Positions 1-16,174 of a DNA stretch of 64,000 bases are shown here, piece after piece (position 1 is the first letter of the stretch; each line of letters opens with the position of its first letter). The stretch is from Lepidodermella squamata. Taxonomy: Eukaryota; Animalia; Gastrotricha. The stretch lies in NCBI GenBank assembly GCA_047495785.1, contig JBLDXI010000054.1:3286001-3350000 (forward strand), written 5' to 3'. Under the pieces are notes generated by a model that was not told the DNA's origin, made no database searches, and saw only the letters and a program-made list of their open reading frames with translations. The position numbers were made by a program, and so were the translations under genes.

Positions 1-3000
1 TCAGACACCTGTCAGGTGAAAGCTTGGTCGGCTTAATTTCAGAGGAGGAAAGAAAACTCATTTTCGATTCAATTTTCTTGACCGAAGGCATTGCTGCTGT
101 CCAGGAACATGCATACATGCATTATAGCAGTTGTTTCAAAAAAGGTATTAGTAAATATTTTACAATGACGAAATTGAATTAAATTTTTATGTACCTTAGG
201 GCCAAAACGAGGAATGAAGCACTGTTACTGCCGTTTTGGAAAGCCCGCAGATCGTACCGCTGAAACTACAATCGGGTCCAATAATACCGCTGGAGTTCGT
301 ATCGATGAAGAGGTCAAGTTAAGGCGAACCCTAGGGTGTGAATGGCTGAATGGATTCTCGTCTGAACTTTTCTCGCTGATTAGATCGAATCACGACATAC
401 GACATTTGCGAGGCTGTTCGATTACCTATTCTGTGAAGTATGTGACGAAACCTCAGGAAGATGTCGATTCAAAAGCTGCTATCCAAGCGTACTCCGAAGG
501 ATTGGAGAAATCAATCAAGCGCCGAATAGACAGAGAAACTGAAACCATCCCTGAAGCTCAACGAGGCGCTGGGCGATTGCGCAGTCTCCTGTACAACTTG
601 ACCCACCGGCAAGAGATCTGCACTCCAATGGCAGCACTGTATTTGTTGAGGAACGATATCGCGTTTTACGAGTCCCACGTTTCCAGTCGACTGTACCTGA
701 ACTCAGCCTTGGCTCTTTTGAACAATCGAGACGTTAATGTTAATCTCGAGCGACAAAATGACGGTTCTTTCAAGGGGTACCATGCGATTTCCGATATCAT
801 ATTGCGACCTGAAGAATTTGAAAATTTGTGCTGGTATGATATCACCATGCATTTCGAGAAATGTGCCCTGGGGAAAAATGACGATTGCTACAGATTGCAA
901 CCTGAGCACGCTCAATTCAGAAAAATGGCATATCGTCAACGCGAGCAACCAGCTGTCGTAGTAGTCGTTGGCCCAGGCTTGTTGCCTACCCAAAGAATAG
1001 AAAACGATAAACAGATGGAAGATTTCGCATTATCCTGTTTACTGATGTTCGTGCCGTTACCCCGAAGCATCGGCGATTTGAAACGCTCTAAAAACACTTG
1101 GACTGAAGCGTGGAGAGACGCCTTAACGTCCGGAGACGTGTCGGATAACGGCCTGAAATATATTAAGTATAATCAAGATCGCTGGGACATGCTGCTTAAA
1201 GGCCAGCAAATGACCGAGGCTTATTATGAACACCTCAAAGAAATGGAGAAGGTAATAATCAAAATTAATCATGTGTAAATTAATATTAAACTTCAAATTT
1301 TCTGAACTTTCAGAACATGCCAAATCGGAGCGACCTGAATGCTTCAGAAATCGTGGGAGAAAACGAAGAAAATCAAGCTGAATTCGACTATTCCTTTGAA
1401 AGTATGGAAAATGTCGATTCTGAAATCTATTCGGACGCCGACGAAGACAACTGGCTCGCGGATGAAGTTGAAATCGATGGTTCAAATAACACGTCATTTC
1501 TCGCTGATCTAAATTTGCCGAGCCATCTGAGCCACGTTAGCCAGAAAGATTTGGAGAGCGGAATCAAGCAAAAGCCTACCGAAATCGAAAATGGCGAGTC
1601 TCCCGTTGCTTTGAACGATGTATTGCCGAAGCCTGAAGGTAAATACCGGCCATTATCAGTCACTGAAGTGCTTGTTCTGGGCAAATTGGCGCGTGATGAT
1701 TGCTTGTATCAATCAAGCAGTAGCACCTACTGTGACGCACGTAAATCTCAGACCCGAAACCAAATAGACGCTTTTGTCAATGTCCCGGGAAGCCCTGGCC
1801 AGCCTGAAATTCGAATTCCAATTTTTGCGTCTTTAAATGAGATTTCGAAGGCTTTCAACTACACCGAGGATCAGCACAGGGCATTCATCGTACAAGGAAG
1901 AGCTTTTTTACAACGCCTTCTGGATGACGAGGTTGACGATATGTCAATTGAGACTTTGCTTGACCATCAGCAGGTGTTGCTGCTACATGGCCTAGGAGGC
2001 GCTGGGAAATCCACCGTAAGTATCACCTCGATTTATTAACGCTGTAGCAATTTATTTACACCATATAGGTAATCCGCGGATGGCTGGCTCTTGCTGCTAG
2101 CTGGCAACGACCGGGCTCCATTGCAACAATGGCAGTCTCGGGAGTAGCTGCGATCAATGTTAACGGCTGTACTCTAGCCTCGGCAATTTGCGGATTCGTC
2201 CAGAGCGATTGCAAAAGCATTTCTGATAACATCAGACAACGCTTCGGCGGCCTCAAATTGATCATCATTGACGAACTCTCAATGTTGGGTAATTACTATT
2301 TTAGTAGCTCAATATTCTTAGGAAGGATTTTTAGACGGACAAATAAATGATGGAATCGACTCTATGTTAAATTTTAATTAAGTAGATTATTAAAAAGTGC
2401 GCTAGTTTTAATTTTTTTCATGTCATATTAATACAGCTCAAAATCAGCTCGAAGCTCTTGAAAAGTGGATACAAGAAGTGTTTGACGACAAGAGGAAAGG
2501 CAATTTTTTCGGCTGTGCCAATGTTGTTCTTGCTGGCGACTTCTTCCAACTACCCCCTGTCAATGGGTCCCTATTATATTCTGAAAAAGGCCAATCTGAG
2601 GGTTTCCGATGCTATCGAACGATCACTCAAAACACTGTGTTGCTCACGAAAAATCTCCGTACTGACGCTCCTGATTACGCAGCCTTACAGGAGAAAATAC
2701 GCCAGGGCTTGTGGGATGACGAAATTTGGAACCTTCTACGCGACCGAATTGGAAAAATCCCCGATGGAGACGGGTTTTGTCCGAAAATAGTCACCCAAAA
2801 TGAAACACGGCATCGATTGGCGAAACAACATCTTCGTTCAGTTTGTCTTGAGTTGGCCGAAAAAGGCGAGAAAGAACCAATTATGCTCGAAGCTGATTTC
2901 AAAATCTCTTCCGATAAGGCAGAACCGCTCTCCAAACATGAAATTGATTTCTTGAAAACACTGGGCGATGAGAAATTGGAGAGAATTCAAACATTCCTGC

Positions 3001-4020
3001 CGTTGTACTTGGGTGCCAATGTGCTAATTTCAACGAGCCTTAACGTTCCGATGGGTATTTTTATCCGATATCCGTTACTTAAGACTTTAAGACTTAAGAC
3101 ATACTTTAAGCGAAACCAAATTATTTTTCAATTTTTAGTATAAGAAAGCGTGATTGTCCTTGAAAATTCATTCGATTATTTCGGTTTTAGGAATTGTGAT
3201 TACGTATATCCGATAAACCATAAATTTGATATGAAATTCTAAAAGGATTTTTTAAATTTCAGCATGATAACAATTTTTGTCCTGTTCAAACTGTTCTTTA
3301 AATGAATCATCCTTGAATTATTTAGGTTTGGCGAACGGCACAAGGGGACGAATTGTTGGTTGGAAGTTTCCCGAAAATACGCAATACGTTATTGTAATAT
3401 TTCATACATCCCGAAATGTTTAATTATTTTTCCTAAATTTCAGCGAGAATTTGAAGGAATGCGATTCCGTATTCCGATCGATCCGTCAACTAAGAAGCGC
3501 GCAACCATTGAATATGTCTTAGTGGAACTCGCGTCGGGGAAGTTGAGGTATAAGCCGCCGAACCAACCCCCAGGCCTTCCCGATAACGTTATTGCGTTGC
3601 CTCCAATGCAACATAAATTGCGAAATCGGGTTAAAATCGCGAACAGCAAGCACAACCAACGGAAAACCGTTTCCATCACCATTACGGCCGTTCAGCTGAG
3701 GCAAGCAGATGTAATGACCACTCACTGCACGCAAGGTTTAATGTTGTGATAATTTTATTTAGCCAAGTCAACATCTCGTGTCTTCAGGTTGCCAATTTGA
3801 TCGGTATATTATTGCCGAAACGTCCCCAAGGCATTTTTACGTCCAAATTTCACGCGGAAAGCAGGGCCTGAGCAGCATCGGCATCATCGACCTCCCAGAG
3901 TCTCTCATGAGTCTATGCAAGCCGTGCCCGGCACTATGCAAGGAAATGGAACGTTTAAGTGTGCTTCATCGTATCACCAAGTCACGCTACGACTTCGCCT
4001 TTCCTTCACAGCCTTCGTAA
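1..4020 (+). CDS. Helitron Rep/PIF1-family helicase (RepHel), N-terminus outside window; exons <1-144, 200-1251, 1314-2015, 2069-2288, 2437-3054, 3326-3387, 3444-3735, 3788-4020
   Basis: The spliced frame is continuous over ~1,100 aa. Rep motifs: QEHAYMHYSSCFKK...CRFGKP and RSNHDIRHL...YSVKYVTK (catalytic YxxKYxxK). SF1B helicase motifs: GLGGAGKST, AVSGVAAINVNGCTL, IIIDELSML, FGCANVVLAGDFFQLPPV, LTKNLR, LANGTRG, TTHCTQG, YVQISRG. Confidence 0.92.
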
Positions 4021-4461
4021 TTATGAGCCATTATTACGTCTTTAGTTGATTAGCAATAAAACTTCTCCATTGGAACTTGGACGTAAAGGTGGTTGTAAAC
4101 AATTTTAGCAATTTTCGTTCAACATTTCACTGACTAATGAAATCCGATATTCTAAGGAGTAGCTAGTTGTTTGACATTTCCAACGTGCTCTCCTATGAAT
4201 TTCCGATTACTCTGTCAGGCTGCTTCACGCCCATTTGTAATTCAATTGTTGCGCAATACTACGCGCCAAAACGTCGCGTGCTTTAAAAAGTAAATCTGCC
4301 ACCATTTTACCGCCTTTTTGGCTACTTAAACCTCCCTTCTGTGGTCATCAACATCATTCACAGCTTTCTCAACATTTTCGTGTACTATTGTTCTTCATTA
4401 TTATCCTATTATTATTCCTTGTTATTATTCTTATCGTTTTTTAATCTCATTTCAATCTGAC

Positions 4462-5564
4462 ATGTCTCGTGGTCGCGGAATAAAACACGGGCTCAATCTT
4501 AATGAGATGTCGGAGGGCGAACGCCCTGAATCGAGGGCAAGGATCGATTCACCCAGTAATTTTTACTGCAATTAGTTAATTCTGGTGACTCGTATTTTTC
4601 CAGATTTGATAAACGAGGATTCGGTCGACTATGACTTCGATCTAACTGACGTCATGTCGACAACGCCAGTTAAGCCGCTCTCGCTCTGGACATTGACAAC
4701 GCCAGTCCATGACGCCGCAGTGATAATTCGAGTCGCTAGCTCCAGCGGCATTGCGTAATTTTAATTTCTACGCTTGAGTTTTTTATACCTAGTTATTTGT
4801 TCCTAGTCACTACTCCAACGGCGCAATGGTCACCTTCGTCATTTACGACGGCAAGGACAACCGGAAGCTCAAATGCACCACGCAAGCTGAGCTGATAGCC
4901 GGCAAGCTGCTCTTCAACAGAACTTTCAAAATTTTCGGCTTCAAGGCCGAAAAGGTGAGAAATTTCTTGACATTATATAATTTGCCATTCATTCATCAAT
5001 TCTTTACCGGTCATTTAATTTAATCTATTTCCCAACAGGACACCGACCCAGTTTTCGGGGCAACAAGTTTCAGAGCTGAATCTTCGTTCACAGCAGTGCC
5101 CGTCGACGATATCCTCGTTCCTCAGCTGACGTGGAACGTTATTTCGCCGACGGATTTTGCGGCTATTCAGCTCAACGAAACCAGGCGCTTCACTGACCTG
5201 CTTGGTTTCGTCAGCCAAGAAGAAGCGCCAGCGCCTGTAACGCCTACAAAAAGCGGCATCGTATGTATTTTTATTACTCCTGGTTTTTTTTTAATTTTCT
5301 ATTTTTCAGAATCGTCCGTTGACAAAAATGGACTTCACGCTGAAGCTTTCTCCTCTCGTCAGCGTGAAGATGTGCGTATGGGAGGACCAAATTCCTGCCC
5401 TCAAACGAGCAACCAAGCCGAAAATTGTAGCGTTCAAGCATGCTACGATTCAGCGCTCAGAGCGTTTCGGCCTTCAGGTTTCCTGCACAAGGAACCTGCA
5501 AGTAAATCCCGACTTCGAAGAGGCCATGGTCCTTCGCCGCCAACTTGTACCAATGCGAAAATAA
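4462..5564 (+). CDS. RPA1 (RPA70)-like ssDNA-binding OB-fold protein, ~289 aa; exons 4462-4555, 4604-4754, 4807-4954, 5039-5260, 5310-5564
   Basis: Five GT-AG exons join in frame. The C-terminal half (DLLGFV...VKMCVWEDQ...IVAFKHATI...LQVNPDFEEAMVLR) follows the RPA70 DBD-B pattern (DVIG...TLWGE...LAIKGARV...NPDIPEAYKLR). AATAAA lies near 5694. Confidence 0.75.
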
Positions 5565-6380
5565 CACTGTTTTTACTCATTTTGATCATTCTTTTTTTCA
5601 TCATCTCATTTCATTTCATTACATCAGTTTTATTGTGAAACTTATCAATTGAAGTACAACTTTTTCTTTACTGCTCATTCAACAAACTTTAACAATAAAA
5701 CGCGTCTGAGTGTCAATTCAACCCAACTTTTATTATTTCCGGAAGCCAGTAGAAGCTAATTTTTTTGCTAACTTTAGCAACACTTAGTTGGAGCTTGAAT
5801 GGCGAACAACAGCATATCTTTGTGGGCAATTTTCCGTAACAATCCTGATTGATTGATGATAGGCTAGATACAAATATATGTATTAGTGAGTAGTCATCCC
5901 AATTGTATGACGCAATAGAAGCTAATAAGGACGCACGTCTCAAGTAATCATAAATCAAAACTAAAGTTCTGGCGCTGAAATAAATGATGTTGCGAAGCAC
6001 GCAAGAGACACAAACATAAAATTAACAAGCTAAGAGCAAGATAAAGCAGCAGCTGTAACCTTATTTTCAATTATTGATAGAGTCAGGCCGATCCCTTCAT
6101 TCGTAAGCTGACTAGCTCGAAAGCCCTGGTCATCGAATCGGATTCGGTCATCGGTGACAGGTTTTAACTTATCAACCTAAGCCCTGTTAAATCACCATGT
6201 TTGGTGTCAGGGTCTAACATCCACCCATCCATCGTATTTTCTTGTAGATATTTTTGGTACACCACAAGAACTAATAGAAGCATCTCAATCCACGAATGCT
6301 AATAGTTATTCAGTTATTAACCTTCCCTAACGTTACCTCCGAGCGCCACGGCCCCAACCAACTTCCAACCCTCCCGGATT

Positions 6381-6404
6381 GTGGCTGTGCGACAGCCACT
6401 GCAG
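6381..6404 (+). other. Candidate Helitron/Helentron 3'-terminal hairpin
   Basis: Perfect 8-bp stem with 3-nt loop, followed by TGCAG then TT; preceded by C-rich cctaac/ccaacc tracts. Confidence 0.5.
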
Positions 6405-7738
6405 TTCAAATAATTCAAAATTAATTCCCGCCAAAACTTATAAATTCACTAAAAAATGTGCTGACTTAAAATTAGTTGAGTTTATTTTATACTAAATTAT
6501 TTCCCGTCAGGTACAATTATTCGCCACTTTTTTACGTTTTTCATTTTCAACGATCCGATTGAGAATTCCTTTCGCGTGACTCCGTCTGTGAATCCCGGTT
6601 CCCGTGACCTGCACTTGACGTATAACGATTCTACGTGCGTATATCCTGCTTTTTTCTGTCTCTTACAGTTGTAACATTGCAAGTTTTAGATCCAAATTTT
6701 CAGATCGATTTCAGAGTGGTTATTTATTGCGGGAATTTGGCGTCAACCACTTTCGTGGGCTGTGAGCAAATCTCGGGTATTGCTCCTTATGCTGTTATGT
6801 TATGTGGAATGTGGAGTTTTGAGATGCGAGTGATTCGGCTATAATTTGGTTGCGACGATGATCCATGATAGCTCCATGGCTCCTAGCTCCAAATATCTTC
6901 TGATTTTAGCGACTTCTCAGACGAACGTTGCAAATGTAATTTTCATTCTTATCTGGCGCGAGAGGCTTGAATAGGCTGTAGTGTTCGTAGTCACAGTGTA
7001 TACCTTTCACTACATCACATGTTACAGTCATCTAGTTCTCACTGATCACTAATTCTCACTTACAAATTGCGTTTTTGCGTTCAGTCATCTATCAGGTTGC
7101 TCACTCGCGTGCTGTAAACAACAAACGAAGATGCAGACTTACCAAACCTTACCCACTGCTTCTATTGCTTACTGTCGCTGATGAATTATTTGTTGCTAGA
7201 AAGCAGCGAATTGTTAAATTGGGTTGTAGTTAAATAGCAGGCTTTTAGCTAATCTCTACTTGATTCACAGATCCCACGAGACTCGGCGTTAGCATTTAAC
7301 ATTTAGGGTGACGATGACAATTAAGATTTTAGAACATCTCGACGCTCACTGTTCTCATCATTTCCCTTTATTCCTGTCTTTGTCTAATTGTTCACAAAAT
7401 ACTAAGTTGTACACGCAAGTAGTCGAAACCGCTTACTGTGGATTGGAATACACATTTAAATTAAATAGTGAGTGATTTACCATCTCGTTGCTTTTACGTG
7501 AGTATTCCTTCATTAAAACTCGGCGTATTGGTTTTCTCATATGCATTGAAGCGAAGTGTGCGTATTCGGAAGCCTTGTGTGTATTTATATTTACGTTTGA
7601 TTCGCGCTAAGGCGGTCTTCCATCCGACGACCTTCCAAACGTCTAAAATTCCTGGTCCTTGCAAGTGGATTCTCAGACTTCTTAAACCTAAATATTCATT
7701 TTAATTCCAATTCATCGACATTTTTGTTTATAATATAG

Positions 7739-11516
<3,778 letters not shown>

Positions 11517-13244
11517 GATATTCATCAGAATTATTATAAACCCCCTGAATTCGACTTTATTATCACAACTAAGGCCAAAATTGTTCTACCCATGTGCGTG
11601 TGTCTCGGCGCCGTTGAATGAAGAATTGCGTTCTTACTAGGCTGTATCTGTCGGTAGCTGCTTACTTGTTTTGCCCGATTTTTGTCTTACTTTTCTTCAA
11701 ATCCCTTGTCTGCAATCGCAATCGATATCAATAACTTGACGAAGTAACGAACCATGAACAAACATTTCGCGTTGTTATTGATGACTCTGTCGTTAGGTTC
11801 GTCATTTGTGTTCTAAAAATATAATTACGGCAAAAGCAGCGTCTCGCAGCTCTATAACAAACTGTTTCGGTTCACAGCGAAAATCCAAATTAAAATTGTA
11901 CAAGTTTAATATTCATAGCCAAAAAATCTTCATAGCAAATGTCTCAAAATTCTTCTAATATGTGTTCTGAATTCGGTTTTATTTGTCGGTATTACTACTA
12001 TTTGACTGAATTTTTAATTCGTGCTGTCGAAATATTTCAGCGATGACAATTTTTTGCGATGTTTACTCGTTTTATGACTGGTGTCGAAATATTATGTGGA
12101 ATTCTTTTTACGAAAAAGTTACATCAGTCTAGTCGTTATATTTGGTGCTTCATGTTTACGGCATGGAATCTAAAAATGCGCGCTGAGTCATTTAGTAATT
12201 CGGATATTATCTTGATGCCAATATTTGATTTAGCCCCTTATTATTTACCTTCTATTCTTCGATCCCATTTTTTAAATGAACATCGGAAACTACCGCAGTG
12301 CCATTTTTTTCATTAGTTGATGGTTATAAAAAACCGACTACAGTTGTTCTCGAATCGTGTAAAGTAACATTACAATTTTTTGTACCAACCTACTGTTGTA
12401 TGAATCAGTGGAACGGAAAATGAAAGCTGCAACTTTTTCGCGTTTCAAAGCTTCTTCAGCTCATTTGAAAAAGTTGAAGCTACATTTGGTTTTTATTATT
12501 GTCATGATAGCTTTCTCGTGGAAATTCAAGTAGACTTATCGCCATCTCGGAGTTGATGATCTTGACGAAAATATTTAAGACGGTGTTGTAGACTACACCA
12601 AGAACTCAGTGTTAAAAATTGCTCGTGGAGTTTTTACTTTTGCTTGCCTTCCGCATTTGAACATGATTGACTGATGACTAAAACTACCACAGACTATCAA
12701 TCACTATGTATCATAATCTTTGCACGTACCTAACTTGTTTAATTAAAGAGCGATAAGCTGCGCAATAATAAAGTTCTACACTGTGTCAGAAAATCTTCCT
12801 GCCTTTTTTCGGTATTATTGACACCTCGGAGTAGCGGCGATCGGCTATTTATTCGACGTGTTATTTGTTTACATTTGCGATTCGCGGGTAAAATTACCAT
12901 GCGCGAAGATTCTCACGGCTCTAATCCGGATCTTGGTGTAGAAAGCTGTTTGGCCGAATTTTCAGAGTGCGTCTGTCATCGGCAATTTTAATTTATGCTA
13001 ATTCGACCGCTAAATATTGGTAACTTTCTTATCATGAGTGTATGAGGGCTAAGAGAGTAAATATTCGCAATCATTATCACAGCGCCGTTTTGTTATTAGG
13101 TCTTTCTTCGACACGCCAATCACAAGCAGTTTTTGCGGTCTCAAGAGCCCACCAGGTTTTCAAAAGCCCATCTGTCGCCGTGAAAAGCCCCACCCAACAA
13201 CAATCAATAACGCTTACTCTGACAGTTTGACGCTCTAGTGCCGC

Positions 13245-13889
13245 ATGGCGATGATGGCGACATTTAATCCCAAAGATGTCAACCGGGTCCTTCCGCCTAG
13301 TCCACAAAATTCAAAAGCATTTGTGAGCGGATTTTTTCATAGAAAAATGGACGACACGCCAGAGGAAGCCGGAAGAGAGTTTGACGCTGACGACGGGCAT
13401 GGTTCTGTTATTGTTTACCCTGAAATCAACTCGTTACAAGAGGACAGTATAATGGAGGTCCTACGCTACTGGTCATCGTTCTTGATCCTCGCAGGAGCAG
13501 TCTTGATGACTTACATCGTATCAACATTCTTCATGATATGGGGCCGCAAGGCTTTACACTATTTGTTTAGCTCCAAGATGAAAAATGTTAGAAATATTGC
13601 AGCAAAGCTGTGCAAACTTCAACATGCAGCACCTAATTCTACGAATTCTAGCGAGCCGCCAATCTCATCAATCGATTCCAAGGCTAAAATGTTCCCTTTA
13701 TCCCTAATGCCCAAAATTGACGAAGTATCACTTTCGTCTGCAGTCGAAAATGATCGGAAACAGCATCTTCCAGAGGTACGAACTCCTCTAATTCATGCAA
13801 AGAATTCAACAGGAATTTCACATTCGGACGCTAACTCAGCTGTCTTTGTCCCACATAGTTCAGCTACTGAATTCCTGACTGTTCAATAA
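13245..13889 (+). CDS. Uncharacterised single-pass membrane protein (214 aa)
   Basis: Open ORF with one hydrophobic segment (WSSFLILAGAVLMTYIVSTFFMIWG) followed by RK; AATAAA at and after the stop; no family recognised. Confidence 0.5.
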   Translation: MAMMATFNPKDVNRVLPPSPQNSKAFVSGFFHRKMDDTPEEAGREFDADDGHGSVIVYPEINSLQEDSIMEVLRYWSSFLILAGAVLMTYIVSTFFMIWGRKALHYLFSSKMKNVRNIAAKLCKLQHAAPNSTNSSEPPISSIDSKAKMFPLSLMPKIDEVSLSSAVENDRKQHLPEVRTPLIHAKNSTGISHSDANSAVFVPHSSATEFLTVQ

Positions 13890-13998
13890 ACTATGGAGAT
13901 TTTTCTGTGCTATTCAAATGCTTCAATCTGATGCAGATATTATTTTCAATAATAACGCGCAATAAAATCATTTACATTGGCTTATATTCACTTTTATT

Positions 13999-15355
13999 TT
14001 AAGAAAGCTTTGCAATGGTTTCATCGAGCGATGGGAACCAATCCGGCCAAAATACGTCGCAATAGTGAGTTCTATCTTCTTTTTCGAGTTTTAGTCTCGC
14101 AGACTTGGTCGATATATCCAAGTGTTGCAGCCGGACTAGAGCCAAGCCATAGCACCCATTTGAGGCAATGCATCTCACCTCAGCTACTGGCTTTTTGCCA
14201 TCGCCGCTTGCGAGGAAAAGCTTCGTTCCAGGTTCAATTTTGTTAGGATCACTGTTATCGGGAGGATAAGTTGCGAAATGAATTGGGAGAGTCTATCATA
14301 CCTATCAAATTTAACAGGCAATAACCTTTTCCGAGTCACTCCAAGGTTATGTGTACGAGCCGTTAACTCTTGTCCAATATAACACCCTTTCGAGAAGCTC
14401 ACTGCAAAATATAAATCCATTAGGATTAAATGAAATATTCATCATAATTTTACCTCCATTCAAAAAATCGCAATTGGATTCGAAGGGCAAACAGCCTCCA
14501 GGAGGAAGTTCCGAAGCTCCTTCTGGTATAGCTAGTTTATATCGATTAATTGCCCACTCATCACTTTTATCTATTTCGCACTTTTCGCCAGTGGCCAAAC
14601 AGATATTTTCGACGGTCTGATCGGCAGAATCCTCTGTCATGATGACTCTGAATCCGAGACGGGTGTGTCGAGGATCTTTGAAGATAGTAGCCTACGAAAT
14701 TCAATTTATCAAAAGCCGCACACAGTTATTCGAATGCAAATACTACCTTAGTTGTGACAGAAGAATGGCTAAAATCCATATTTGCAAAGTTCCAAAGTGA
14801 GTAAACCGACAAATCAGCAATAGGGTCAGATATGGTCACCTATCAGCAATCCACTGATAATTGACTAGCGCAAAAATTTATTACAAACCTTGCGTCGAAG
14901 CTTGTACTTTTTCAACATAGCCCTAGTCTGATCGATGAGTTTAGAATCAGTATCGAGCAAAAACGTTCCAGCAGGAAACATTGTAGACTGCGATTTCAGG
15001 TAAAAGACCAGAAAATCGTTGACGACCCGACCCTATATAATGATCCAAATTACAATGTTGATCGGTAACTCCGAGGACTTTACTTGGACGTTTAACATAA
15101 GCGAATATTGAGCCGATGAATTAGATTCGCTAGCGGTAAGCGATTGAACATCGTTTGTCAGTAAACCCTGCAAGAAAGAGGCCGCCTCTGGGCCACTGAC
15201 GGCTATCACCCCACGACTCCGTAACTTGGCAGCATGGAATGCTCGCCTAAAGGAAACTTCAATAAACCAGCTTAATTTGACCAAGCTCAAGTGTTACTAG
15301 AAAAGTGAAATTGTATGTTTGACTAGCAGTTACCTGTAATCGCCGGCTTCAGCAT
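13999..15355 (-). CDS. IBA57: IBA57 / CAF17 / YgfZ-family mitochondrial Fe-S assembly factor (multi-exon)
   Basis: Signature [18 protein letters not shown]...GVTRKRLLP; N-terminal [22 protein letters not shown]; DPR motif; [12 protein letters not shown]; basic presequence-like start [15 protein letters not shown]. Confidence 0.93.
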
Positions 15356-15419
15356 GATCAAGTTAACCTATGCCGATTGATCAACGAGGACCTTTCAACC
15401 TGATTATCCACCCTCAAAT

Positions 15420-15565
15420 CCATCACGTGACCTGAATTTTCTATATCAGCTGACTGGTCACGTGCATAATAATTTATATCATATATGCATAAAATTTATA
15501 ACCAATAATATTCCAAAATTACTTTATGAATAAAGGTGATATCGGATATTTGAAAATTTGGCGGT
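15420..15565. promoter_or_regulatory. Putative bidirectional promoter between IBA57 and BRCA2 (two GTCACGTG-type E-boxes; TTTGAA next to TTTGGCGG)
   Basis: TCACGTGAC at 15423-15431, GTCACGTG at 15457-15464 and TTTGAAAATTTGGCGG near 15549-15564, lying between divergent start codons 820 bp apart. Confidence 0.4.
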
Positions 15566-16174
15566 ACGTACTTGTTCGAGAGCGATTCTAATACCTCGTG
15601 CGATGAAGTTCTCAACCTGCTTACTTATTCATGCGGATGCGCCCGTTCCCTACAGAAAGCTCCGTCCGCGGTGGCTGTAGAGCCTTAGAATGAAGAATGA
15701 TGCATCAAATATCATATCCCCAAACCCCAAAATTAATGCCATCGATCGTAACAATATAGCGGTAAATCGAAGCTGAAATAGCAAAGAAATAGCCCAAAGC
15801 TGATCTTGAAACCTGTTTACCTCGACATGAACTTCATAGTTGGCCATATTCCTTACTGACTGCTTCAAGCACCCTATATTAATTAAAAACAATTTTTTTT
15901 GTTTCATTTCCATATACTAAGATTTGTTGTTTCTGAGTTGTCTCTGTTGTTGTGAGCGTTTAATACATCAGTCAAGTTTCCAGGCACGGTATTTTGCTGC
16001 TGATTTACTTCAAGCGTTGACAATAGGGCGTATGTTATGTGAGCCTGCCTGAGATGCTTCAACTTTTGACTGGCAAATTGACTGGCGAAAAATGACTGGT
16101 TCCATTAGATTGTAACACACTAATTAACTTACCATTCTTGTTTCTGCGCTTTAGAATTAGTATTAACTTGCAAA

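Larger units (their letters stand above)
1..6404 (+). mobile_element. Helitron/Helentron-type rolling-circle transposon, 3' portion (5' end outside window)
   Basis: Contains a Rep-helicase gene and an RPA1-like gene, then a GC-rich hairpin GTGGCTGT-gcg-ACAGCCAC (6381-6399) followed by TGCAG|TT. The right boundary is inferred from the hairpin only. Confidence 0.75.
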
